IMG/VR virus record: IMGVR_UViG_3300033068_001557
Strand: one strand, 5' to 3'
DNA length: 64,000 nucleotides
Origin: an uncultured virus (IMG/VR IMGVR_UViG_3300033068_001557)
Lineage: Duplodnaviria; Heunggongvirae; Uroviricota; Caudoviricetes
Below, piece by piece: positions 13,301-19,195 of the stretch. Every line of letters starts with the position of its first letter. Position 1 is the stretch's first letter. The notes beneath the pieces are model-generated. The model made no database searches, was not told the DNA's origin, and saw only the letters and a program-made list of their open reading frames with translations. The translations under genes and the position numbers were made by a program.

Positions 13301-13651
13301 AGCACTTCCTAATAAAGTATCTCCTACAGTAATTAATGCTTTACCGCCTGCTTTAAGTATTGCGTTTTTAGTAGCTGTAAGATTTGACTGAGCATTTGCT
13401 CTCATATCTTCAATGTTACCTATATTAGTACCTATTTGAATACCTTTATCAGTATAAGATTGTACTTCTCTATCTGTTAATTTGTTAGGTGCAATTTCAG
13501 TAAAATTCTTAGATGATTTTGCATCTATAGAATTAAAAGGATCTGCAACATCTTTACTTTTTTGTACTGGTAAATTTGTTGTAGCATCTAATAGAGTAGT
13601 ATTACCTTGCTCTATAGCATCTATCATCTTAAATATATCTTCTTGTGGCAT
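1373..13651 (-). CDS. Giant virion-packaged RNA polymerase polyprotein (crAss-type two-barrel RNAP) with zincin-like metallopeptidase domain
   Basis: 4092 aa; catalytic loop NLSGADFDIDSL (DFDID at 2732-2746) preceded by GIRIPTEDKHSM; HEAFH (7595-7609) followed by LEEKMADAF; located after cargo genes as in crAss-like phages. Confidence 0.9.
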   Translation of the reverse strand: MPQEDIFKMIDAIEQGNTTLLDATTNLPVQKSKDVADPFNSIDAKSSKNFTEIAPNKLTDREVQSYTDKGIQIGTNIGNIEDMRANAQSNLTATKNAILKAGGKALITVGDTLLGSALSIPIAIVNGDFTKFYDNDVRRFFDNGSEYLDDNLKVYATKAQEQEGFFSQLNNAQFWGDKFLGGMSFTVGAVLSEMALSALTAATFGATAELQAAETASLMSRAKKIFSAFRGEASAAELKAWSKDIVKSGVAGGGYEAGVETRQFLDTARKNYAEQYKQQYGVEPNAQQLAEADGEIKKTANLIFGANMALLSVDNFIQFKNIFGKGLSTDLKLFGKSAVDTEAKDLAKDYALRGTLNAAFDNTSKLRKTLYTTSKVLKNPLTEMNEEALQGEFQAIGQDYIKKKFDATAYNDSFNLIESFGKNFKDTYGSEDAGIGFIIGAMGIPGMGIATGKTKNVKGFGNKIIASFEGGIAEAFEEQSQEKKAIKDAIKQASSVNIDNIKQQLQENSVLYKTTQERDEALKNGDFFSAKNAENDSIFSFIKTRDNVGLINESQEQYANMIKTMDNQEFAKQFGYNNIDNNERALTDNELSERKKKVIDAFNNKIKNFQETKDLASKVAPVRNFNDENARLYNEAIHHLMYTTNDLDSREDSLVNNIKDKLSKTKTIDTEKVKNLMNFHNTWYNLTQGQYSKHLQSYLKDLALLERYSAFQHTTSEEDAEYKENQAQVNKVQKRIKNYESLFEREITKFGENQSKLANHGFNIDYNFKDMDSFKNAITEYEALKNDIQTHLNQNIFDKNDIAQALQDLQKIQSKRHELIGTYNHLNTKEGQEEFIKGIEVTKREFKIQYLKGEAQKFLHNQGAEIDEDTVKEIKKNVDLQIDEKDDEITAEAKHQISELIDAVNDIDNINDLKEKIEELKAIKELEISDELKQVINKTIKEIKDKIKSIQDKVKEEVKTKKENKKLPIFHDIKNLFRLQNSEEQQKALNDAITSLDKTKTQSEKEEEFRSNVTFTFEEIENPKTVSETEPTINNENVKIVNGIQGTGFSYNLKMLYKGQELGGFTMPNQIYIKDSKGNWSQIDFTKLDNDNYLQWLLPHLFPQDIISTEEDRLVVGQYLSELNDFSKQLLFLLKDGVTVGSSKIRNYSFDELDKKVNGILSNNAFTSQTTMNITPSSEPRGVEEILDNPDDLITKSAVKNVNGQDIIIFGKSSPTGQGFSQKYFVKVINGKLERDSNNKVVWNNVEGSDLQLPISELFKSHENKDKSRFVDSKPALFSLIIFQPNGYIQPLYTTNETIGKLQNNEGEFVTEFIKNKKNIQPLTEKISTEVKNFFNKFKDKKSNEIDKSDTKYIRDIFFTVKNAGDSKIQITPLISPSGELSFQVQDISKNKSFVNTYIYFNGVNFVKINTKGNEKAIEVFNEFKESKITLAEKIEKLKPYSEVINDLNETIGNLLLSGKQFSKEDFQSDKKQFTVLNAVRQMTKNNKAVITGFYNNFLLNTENQQDLENLQIKQDLNYFLYLRPGNSKFLDITNFSENVRNREKQKQIKKAEDELLGILNQSNNEILEKQEEATTVEQVISNSPDAVSSNSVAIMDMLNPKVTNSLSEDDLLIQAAKNLGLDSDNLPMLKSSLARNSKLRTEVEKLKSSQEVKQEEKLVSEEVGRKDSSAYAKIAALEPKTTEQSLKETTKAETIPTTSNQSEIEAKKADIERRRREDLQKGQLFLMNDGTYGGSRLVSLEEYSTIQIQENNLDSDVTKWDYNTFNDTGIFVNLSLGVAYIVPNNSYNGKKAEVVKVFINKTTKRFDLSNPRIINTPNIELVAKAANIDSKELYNEVLNAITKYDAELAALGTNKKEEIKPTVVKNSPATDTLISLGLSLDDIIDSFDSSSNEDVFKMMHELFKKKYNIPQSLEEFLKIVNAAKLEGNDGGVNKLLKLSEQDLIEYNQAVKNLMQILPVKTKDNPNGVIEITDVLDILKNLKTKGEVAGRFISKMKTIYLATQEGKSVKGIEYHEAFHAIFRMFLTDSKITKYLKAAEELYGSPTKEQLTELKNSSSDLINLSQRELKNLWLEEKMADAFMDFTKTKTPVKQSWLQRIFTKIKDFINSLFGNKKVENDITRLFQDIYSGKFKNAKEKYPIQRKGVTSADVNKLLIRRQSLMTTTGAVVKKESYFSNVLSETIINTVTNEIAKQGIKTITNDEINNVIEKLRERFNPTNDYNQSLLQTIGDRSLRMRTFTQMSEVYSNLFYDKDKIELYKKLNKIQNADIIREEVLNRLPLYNISKEASTLQEQSDENINEVEDSENDYGDGDNNGIIGKKTNEINHAWEKASKRVKQYISSASMKTDLFNIGQPFINFMEQQEKEGNTDLVKNYEFAIRGSNLYSNLIKMLVNTPSYKMIGMVYSMADTSPEMKYFVQHWFKDIYNDLKDKIDIPVTNTSNLDDLYETLKSVSYSDLNNNSEYFTFMASDLEKNRIFLWDIVFDESGVTRFLNANNREVAKQVFNRWTKNWESKRVDDSVTFQKFIDDYNDIYEDSDKNILQDYVSILSKDLSSEEKVKEIKNHINKIQKEFSKLGIELPSGYIKYSLINYVVSINQQQLLSDKQYDWFINFSASGIKALDKEALAGIQNALLQAKTYETYSIYTNVKDGQVLDIGVISRLKDIGESVGMFDPTVIPSSFNNQEGKRIYDIVPPSDISRRLNLLKDTVNVSILKDYIKTKDADTFKKLVLNNDINNTYYFYGFFTSEKQVDNFLQTIDNNPLLQSKEDDYLNMIFSTLNMSYAGGIRQDELAVSERENSDELNISSKGYGLFSDSEGRSYSNADTTAKIVYQLSLLAESEYNQYNIKKVGEQKFAYYKFTQPESKSTVPIVLLPYNEMVNSSGITEKAKEMMFFMFKQEYDRITKVQKEIDEFINGKKSGYSENYHYVNEKFKDLGDVKVFKNSENKFYYLDINDNNIAKELTKQQLKEVSVSKLSPRGTKFFNFANIAVDLHTLTEDARKGIPLTTQKEDFINTELQRFFNIQFEDFIKLLKQTDINIIKVNDESQEVSNLLPEGFMQKDSNLVDRTKLMNAFLNDYVMSYSINSLMYGDNANVAKDAVDWVKRAGGIIGSGNNYGSGESNVIIIKSEVKDDTDTTDAQTFSNPFWHLTTILKNKGANDEKIREIYRKIDSGLETPTAEEYQYLYDNQAQHQSNKTQGYGFEHYLKTSIAPLLRSEVSRLKRYESKEDAIALHTKLFEYKLRFQNELFNPKYKNDENVIEYFKGLERYHNMFEAIPGMEYRHNLLNISEQHNAVMVYDSAWKRNKTNVHLIENGKPYLYKDNDGNNTIEPIRIANSSMVDQQKTDGVKNNIIDGTQKQRLIVTEQDANVIVKFRDKETTLKTVLSTYEKLQALRIKRGFDKLKKEIIDKDGSEKWETMLASFNESIQASSADPQILELFQIENGKPKYNLNNPAIETKYQAMFLSFISNGVLKQKTAGSKFTLMSEIGFNLMREVDGEGNIIRTLTNNETKNTYSFDKSKFISHRLRHDVEVRKYSTKQNGEISYDKDGKPIYKVLEYYSEIVVSERFLKKFGFTKEQFYKGEIPEQFLYLQGIRIPTEDKHSMINAKIVDILPDSYGNVIMMPYEIVNLSGADFDIDSLYAKVTQTYSNVLNKKTELYGSYLSKPTLEEASFQAYNEYLAESFEDRKVAHTFNDLKENNIELKKLQKERADIDGLLKENNKKLKEAINIDTIEFLQKEKQNIVKILNEVKDEIKSLELELIKQSFDINDILFNKEQWIAKNKETIETNYNYYNSTEESDVEKINPITKGELNNHLLELERKLTNNYGNNKIANTPTSLEIFKKLVKVLDKEGLIKKEMGYGIHDMLSKIKADMAISTGAANIGPAALFNNLFGLLVKYNVTTENPVLASNAFELLSLDKNNQEIIDEKEKQRIQDTLASVLAAMTDNAKEQLADVFNLTINTLPVALTMIATGNNFDNVMLLMKHPIVKRIAEIEASRNKTVQSEEDYRESRKQQGSIKQRIQAEFGLSDSEFQGNLTYDDLLNALKAQPKVTMWETVQTDIQKKYPEITEDMFDSLTEQEKDKLIECL

Positions 13652-13667
13652 AATTTTATTTTAATTA

Positions 13668-13675
13668 CAAATATA
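13668..13675 (-). promoter_or_regulatory. Bacteroidota sigma70 -7 element
   Basis: TATATTTG 16 nt upstream of the vRNAP ATG. Confidence 0.6.
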
Positions 13676-13676
13676 C

Positions 13677-13704
13677 AAAAGGTATCATTTTCAGATACCT
13701 TTTT
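13677..13704. terminator. Intrinsic terminator, possibly bidirectional
   Basis: AAAAGGTATC-attttca-GATACCTTTT inverted repeat with A/T tails, just downstream of the transglycosylase frame. Confidence 0.7.
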
Positions 13705-13731
13705 AATTATTATTAGTTTTTAATTTTATTA

Positions 13732-14238
13732 TTATTTATAAAATTCTAAGTATTTTTCAACTGGCATATTATTTTCAGAAGGATATTTAAGATCTAACTG
13801 CTGTTGAGCATATTGAGCATTACCTCCACTACTTTTTAAAGCATCTAAATATACTTTAGCACCTCCTTCTCCTCTAAAGTGATATAACATTTCTATTAAA
13901 GGAACTGAACTTTCACTAACTCCAAATGAAGTAGCTAATTTCTCTGCTGTAGGTTTAACATATTTTTGTAAATAATGTTGAAAAAATTCATCCTGTAAAC
14001 TATGATTTTGTAAGAATTCTTGTTGAGTTAAATTAGGATTTCCTGAATACTCTTTTATTTTATCAAACCAATGACTTGCTACAAATTGGTATTTTCCTAA
14101 AGCTTTTGTAGTTGCGTTATAAGCTCCATAACCATTATCAGGTTGTCCTTTGCTTTCTACATTCTGTATAGCATTCTTCGTACCCTCAGCAGTTATTTGA
14201 ATTGAATTAGAGACTGCTGAGGGACTGTAAAATTTCCC
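13732..14238 (-). CDS. Lytic transglycosylase/lysozyme-like domain with no start codon; -1 frameshift extension of 14193..17264
   Basis: Open frame of 168 codons: GKFYSPSAVSNSIQITAEGTKNAIQNVESKGQPDNGYGAYNATTKALGKYQFVASHW...EMLYHFRGEGGAKVYL...VEKYLEFYK*; ES, ALGKYQF and YHFRGEGGA match SLT-like motifs; no ATG/GTG/TTG before the putative catalytic Glu. Confidence 0.8.
   Translation of the reverse strand, partial: GKFYSPSAVSNSIQITAEGTKNAIQNVESKGQPDNGYGAYNATTKALGKYQFVASHWFDKIKEYSGNPNLTQQEFLQNHSLQDEFFQHYLQKYVKPTAEKLATSFGVSESSVPLIEMLYHFRGEGGAKVYLDALKSSGGNAQYAQQQLDLKYPSENNMPVEKYLEFYK
14183..14238 (-). promoter_or_regulatory. Programmed -1 ribosomal frameshift signal
   Basis: Overlapping slippery heptamers G_GGA_AAT (14238-14232) and A_AAT_TTT (14235-14229), then a perfect 11-bp stem CCCTCAGCAGT/ACTGCTGAGGG (14223-14213 with 14193-14183). 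Confidence 0.8.
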
Positions 14239-17200
14239 TGTATATCAGGAGCTTTACCGTCTTTAATTCTGGGATATATAAATCTCTCCCAAATTTCATT
14301 TAATTGTGTTTGTGTAATATTAGGAGCTTTCTCTACTACTTCTTTAAGTATAAGTTGTTTAGTTTGATTACTATCTCCATTAAATCTTAATTCTGTAAGA
14401 AGAGCAAAATCATTCTTTCTAATAGCTAAATTAGTAAAATAATTACCTAATTCAGTTCCAAGATAAGGATTATTAGTTTCTAAAGAAGTTATATTAGAAG
14501 TTCTACCATCTCCCTGATTATCTACATCTGGAAATAAATTCACTTTATATACTCCAGTACTATTATCAGATACAGATATATTTTGAGCAATTTTAATACC
14601 CATAGTTGGTCCACCTGGAATTGGATATTTAACAGTTGCTACTGTTTTATTTTGTAATTGATTATTAATATCTTCTTCCTGTTGAAGTACTATTTCAGAA
14701 GCTAATTGTTCATGTTGTAATAAAAATGATTTTAAATCACTATTATTATTATTAATTTCAAAAGCTACATTAGTTCCTTTTTGAGTTTCTCCTCCAATCT
14801 TCATTTCTTTATCAAAAATAATAGAAGCAACTCCATACATTTTACCATTTACAAATTTAACAGAATAACTCACATTATTCCTTTGCATAGTTTTATTTGG
14901 ATCATCTATATCTTGTGGTACAAATCCTGCAACAGCTTCCCCTATTACACCTAATTCATCTTTATCAGTAACAGGTGTCATTCCATTTAAATACACTAAA
15001 TCATTTACTTTACCTGTAGTAATATATCCTTTGATAGTATTACCCATCATAAGCCCTAAGTTATTAGCTCTATCATTAGCAGTTTTTCTATCATCTTTAT
15101 TATCAAGTGCAAGTGCATTAATACTATAACTTCTACCTGGAGTAAGAATAATCCCATCAAAGTTTTTCATTGCTTCATCATAGTTAGATTCTTTTTTAAT
15201 ATAAGGTAAATCACCAACTCTTTTATTTAAATCCCCCTGATTTACATTTCTTATAAATTCAACTTCACCATATTTCTTAGGATCAAGTAAATCTTGAAGA
15301 GATTTAGGTTTTTCACCTTTAGCTGTTTTATTAGCTACATATAAATCATAATTGCTTTTTATATTTATTTCAAGAACTTGTTTTTTCTCTATATCATAGA
15401 TTTCTCTTTGTTTATGTCTTATATGTTCTTCATCAAAGGCAGTTAATCTATAAGGTTGTCCTTGAGGATATAATTCTCTTATAGCTTGCTCTCTTGTTTG
15501 TTTTTGAACTCCACTGTCACTAAAAGATTTATTTTCAATTAATTCTTTCAAACCTTTATATGATATGGGTGTAGAAACAGCTTTACCATTTTCGTCTAAA
15601 AAACTATTTTCAGTGTTATCTTGTAAATTATCAAATATGTTTAAATCTCCAGTTCTTTTTTGATATAAATCAATTCTTGTATATTGATTATTAACCATTT
15701 CATTTAAAGTAGCTGCTTGTTTATCAAACTTAGCGTTTAATTTAGCTATTTGTTGTTGTTTATCTCCATCAAGTAATTTTAATTTATCCCAATTAGTTTT
15801 TTCTATGGATATAATACCAGATTTTTCATCTTTATGAAATTTAATAAAATCTCCATCTACTTCAGGATTAAATCCTGCTTCTTTTAATAATTGACCTGTA
15901 GGATTTTTAGGATCTTTTAAAGCTACATTAAAATCATTATTCATTATTGCAAATTGAGTAGCAATACCTTTACTATCTTTTAAAAAATTAGTTACTAATT
16001 CTTTATAAGTATCATTACTTTCAATAAATTCAGAACCTAATTTAGTTCTAAATACTTCATTAGTTCCCCACCAATAACTTGCAGGGTCTAAAGGTATTTC
16101 CTGTTCTTCAGCTTTTTTATAACTTTGTTTTAAATTCTCAAGTCCAAAGTGATCTGTAACATTTTTTAAATTAATAGCTAAATCATCTCTTTTATATATT
16201 TGAGAACTTCCTTTAACAATAGCATTTAAATCTTCATCACTTTTATATTTAATTAAATCATCATAAGAATTAATATTATTGAATTTTAATCCTTCTAATT
16301 CAAGTAAATCTTTTTGTTTTTGAATGTAAGCATCTATTTCTTCAGGTTTGTATTTAGATAATTCTGATACTGGTGTACCTGATAATTGAGATACTAATGC
16401 TTTTTTATCTTTTGTATTATTTATAACCTCTAATTGAGATAAAATCATTTGTTTTCTTCCTTCAATTAAAGGCTTGAAATTTTGTTGAGTAACTCCTTGC
16501 TGAAATAAGCCAATTTTACTATTATCTTTAGAATAAGCTTGCCATTCAGGATTAGTTTCCATTGCAGGTTTTACAGCAATTATCATTTCTTCAGGAGTTA
16601 AACTTATTTTTTTACCTTCATCCCAAAAACCATTACCATGTCCATCATAATAAACAGTTTTTCCTCCGGTATTAAGAGTGGATATTTTACCATCTATTAT
16701 AACCCCTTCAGATGTTTTAGGAATCATTTCTTTAAATAATTTTTGAGCCATTTCAGCTCCATTTATAAATTTAGCTAAATCTTTTCCAGAAAATCCTTTT
16801 AATTCACCTTCATAAACAGCTCCATTATAAGTAGATAAATTATCTTGCAACCAAGCTTGTTTTTTTTCTGGAGACCATCCTTCTTTTTTATTAATTTCTT
16901 CTTGAAATTTAGCAATATCAGCTTTATTTTGCTTTAATTGATATTCTACTCCACCAGGATTTTTTTCTCTTCCTATTTGTTGTAAATAACTTTGTAGAGC
17001 TTTATTACCTACATTTACACCTTTTTGTGCATAAGTAGTAGCTAAATCAGCTTGAGCTTGTTCTCTATTCAATCTAAGTTGTTCCCTAACCATAGGGTCA
17101 ATACTTAAATTAGAAGAGTCTATAGGAGCATCTAAAGCAGCTTGAGCTAATTGATAACCTTGTTCTTTATTAGTTAAAAGATTATCCACTTGTTTCCAAT

Positions 17201-17264
17201 CAGGTTTCCATATAGGAATATCCCAATTAACTGATTTATAATCTGTATATCTTGAAGTACCCAT
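14193..17264 (-). CDS. Putative virion cargo/ejection protein
   Basis: 1023 aa; sits between cargo protein 1 and the vRNAP gene, as in crAss-like gene order. Confidence 0.6.
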   Translation of the reverse strand: MGTSRYTDYKSVNWDIPIWKPDWKQVDNLLTNKEQGYQLAQAALDAPIDSSNLSIDPMVREQLRLNREQAQADLATTYAQKGVNVGNKALQSYLQQIGREKNPGGVEYQLKQNKADIAKFQEEINKKEGWSPEKKQAWLQDNLSTYNGAVYEGELKGFSGKDLAKFINGAEMAQKLFKEMIPKTSEGVIIDGKISTLNTGGKTVYYDGHGNGFWDEGKKISLTPEEMIIAVKPAMETNPEWQAYSKDNSKIGLFQQGVTQQNFKPLIEGRKQMILSQLEVINNTKDKKALVSQLSGTPVSELSKYKPEEIDAYIQKQKDLLELEGLKFNNINSYDDLIKYKSDEDLNAIVKGSSQIYKRDDLAINLKNVTDHFGLENLKQSYKKAEEQEIPLDPASYWWGTNEVFRTKLGSEFIESNDTYKELVTNFLKDSKGIATQFAIMNNDFNVALKDPKNPTGQLLKEAGFNPEVDGDFIKFHKDEKSGIISIEKTNWDKLKLLDGDKQQQIAKLNAKFDKQAATLNEMVNNQYTRIDLYQKRTGDLNIFDNLQDNTENSFLDENGKAVSTPISYKGLKELIENKSFSDSGVQKQTREQAIRELYPQGQPYRLTAFDEEHIRHKQREIYDIEKKQVLEINIKSNYDLYVANKTAKGEKPKSLQDLLDPKKYGEVEFIRNVNQGDLNKRVGDLPYIKKESNYDEAMKNFDGIILTPGRSYSINALALDNKDDRKTANDRANNLGLMMGNTIKGYITTGKVNDLVYLNGMTPVTDKDELGVIGEAVAGFVPQDIDDPNKTMQRNNVSYSVKFVNGKMYGVASIIFDKEMKIGGETQKGTNVAFEINNNNSDLKSFLLQHEQLASEIVLQQEEDINNQLQNKTVATVKYPIPGGPTMGIKIAQNISVSDNSTGVYKVNLFPDVDNQGDGRTSNITSLETNNPYLGTELGNYFTNLAIRKNDFALLTELRFNGDSNQTKQLILKEVVEKAPNITQTQLNEIWERFIYPRIKDGKAPDIQGNFTVPQQSLIQFK

Positions 17265-19121
17265 TTATTTTAAATATCTATTTGTTAATCCTTGAGCTAT
17301 TGAATTAGATTGCCAAGATTCTTCTGTTCCACCTTTTGCTAAGAATTTTTGATGTACTTCTTCCATTTTAGCTTTTCTTTTAGCAGTATCTGTTTCAGAT
17401 TCTAATTCACCTGTAAATTTAGCAATATCAACTTCTGCTTTATTCCAATCATTATAATCAGTAGGTGTAAAATTAATACCTTTAGATTTAAGTATATTCA
17501 TTTGGAAATTATTCTCTTTATTAACATCATCTTTTTTCAACAAGTAATCACCTAAACCACCAATAGATTCTTTTAAGAACTTATCTCTTTGCATTTGTAC
17601 ATTAGCTTTAGATTTAGCATTAACATTTTCAGCATATACTTGGGCTTGCATTTTTTGAGTACCTAAAGTGTTAAGCATAATAGCTTCTTCACCTCTATAT
17701 TGATTATTCAATTGTTGTTCTTCAATTTTAGTTTTAGCTATAGATTTAATAGCATTAGCATGCAGCTTTTGCATATTAGCATTTTGTACTCCAACAGAAC
17801 TTGAATTGTCAGCAAGATTTTGTTTACCTGCATTTTCTTCAAGATTAATAGCATCTAAAATAACTTGATTATCAACCTTTCTATTAGCCATAGTTCCTTT
17901 AATGGCGTTTTCTTCAGGGTTATAAGCAGGTTTAACATAATCTGGTTTTTTAAATGCTTGTATAGCATGACCTAACATCTCTATTCCTTTAATACCAAAT
18001 CCTGAAATTGCTTCAGGAGAAAATTGTTTTTTAGTATCTTCTTCTTTAGCAGTACCTACTTTACCTGGTTTATAAAATTCAGAATGTTTCTTCATTCGAT
18101 TTAAATAATCAGGACTATTAACAGCAATACCTTTACCGTAATTATCATTAGGAGCTTCAATATCTATACCATCAGCACCTTGAGATTTATAAGTATTAAT
18201 GTTTAAATCATTTAATGCTTTTATTGGTGGAATATTAGGATTAATACCTGCTTGACTTATTAATTGATTAACATATCCTTCTTCATAAGGAAGTTTGTTT
18301 TTATCAGATAATCTAATACCTAAGTCAGCTTTAGGAATTACTCCACCATATTCAAGAACAGCTTGTGCTAATTGTTGACTTTGTTGTATTTGTTGTTTTA
18401 CTTTTTCATTTTTTTTCATGAGTTCAGTTAATTCAGTATCTAAAGAATTTTTTGATATTGGATCTTCTCTGTCTTTATATTTTTTATTTATTTTTTCAGC
18501 CAATTTAGCAAATCCTAATTCATGTGAAAACACATAATTTTTGTATGAGTTTTCTTTTTTTTCAATTTCAGCTACCGCTTTTTGTGGTTGTTTTGTAGGA
18601 TTATTATTAGCATCAATCATTTGTCCACCATTCTCATGAGATGGTGCTTCATATTGTTTAAAATTATCTGTAGTAGATTGAGTTTGTCCTCCTAAAGCCA
18701 TTTGATTTAACGTATTTAAACTACCAAAAGACATAGAAGAATCTTTATATGTTGGTGAATAAGTTTCATTTACAAGTTCATCTGTAGGATTTCTTTTTTC
18801 TTTAACAGCATCAGCTATAGCTGTAAATCCTTTAGTAAGAAATTGTCCTATTTTTAAAGCACCACTTACCATTTTACCCATAGGACCAAAATTACCTGCA
18901 ACATCAGCAGCAGCTCCTAATCCTGATTGAATACCTGTTGATATAGCTTGTCCTTTTTTAGAGACTCCATGTCCATCATTATCTACAGGAATAAATTGTC
19001 CTAAAGTATCAAGACCATTTCCTATACCACTTACAATAGAAGAAGGAGACATTTCTTCTGTTGATTTACCATCAGCATCTACTGCCTCTCCTAAAAGTAA
19101 TTTTTTTATTTTTTTAGCCAT
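17265..19121 (-). CDS. Virion cargo protein 1 (crAss001 gp45-like)
   Basis: Gly/Ala-rich N-terminus, APSHENGG...AEIEKKE...YVFS motif, Gln/Asn-rich coiled C-terminus; follows the muzzle gene. Confidence 0.65.
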   Translation of the reverse strand: MAKKIKKLLLGEAVDADGKSTEEMSPSSIVSGIGNGLDTLGQFIPVDNDGHGVSKKGQAISTGIQSGLGAAADVAGNFGPMGKMVSGALKIGQFLTKGFTAIADAVKEKRNPTDELVNETYSPTYKDSSMSFGSLNTLNQMALGGQTQSTTDNFKQYEAPSHENGGQMIDANNNPTKQPQKAVAEIEKKENSYKNYVFSHELGFAKLAEKINKKYKDREDPISKNSLDTELTELMKKNEKVKQQIQQSQQLAQAVLEYGGVIPKADLGIRLSDKNKLPYEEGYVNQLISQAGINPNIPPIKALNDLNINTYKSQGADGIDIEAPNDNYGKGIAVNSPDYLNRMKKHSEFYKPGKVGTAKEEDTKKQFSPEAISGFGIKGIEMLGHAIQAFKKPDYVKPAYNPEENAIKGTMANRKVDNQVILDAINLEENAGKQNLADNSSSVGVQNANMQKLHANAIKSIAKTKIEEQQLNNQYRGEEAIMLNTLGTQKMQAQVYAENVNAKSKANVQMQRDKFLKESIGGLGDYLLKKDDVNKENNFQMNILKSKGINFTPTDYNDWNKAEVDIAKFTGELESETDTAKRKAKMEEVHQKFLAKGGTEESWQSNSIAQGLTNRYLK

Positions 19122-19125
19122 TTTA

Positions 19126-19133
19126 CAAAGTTA
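19126..19133 (-). promoter_or_regulatory. Bacteroidota sigma70 -7 element
   Basis: TAACTTTG 4 nt upstream of the cargo-1 ATG. Confidence 0.55.
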
Positions 19134-19195
19134 ATACATTTGTTATTTAAAATTGTCGAATTAATTATTTGTTATTATAATTTTAATTATATTCA

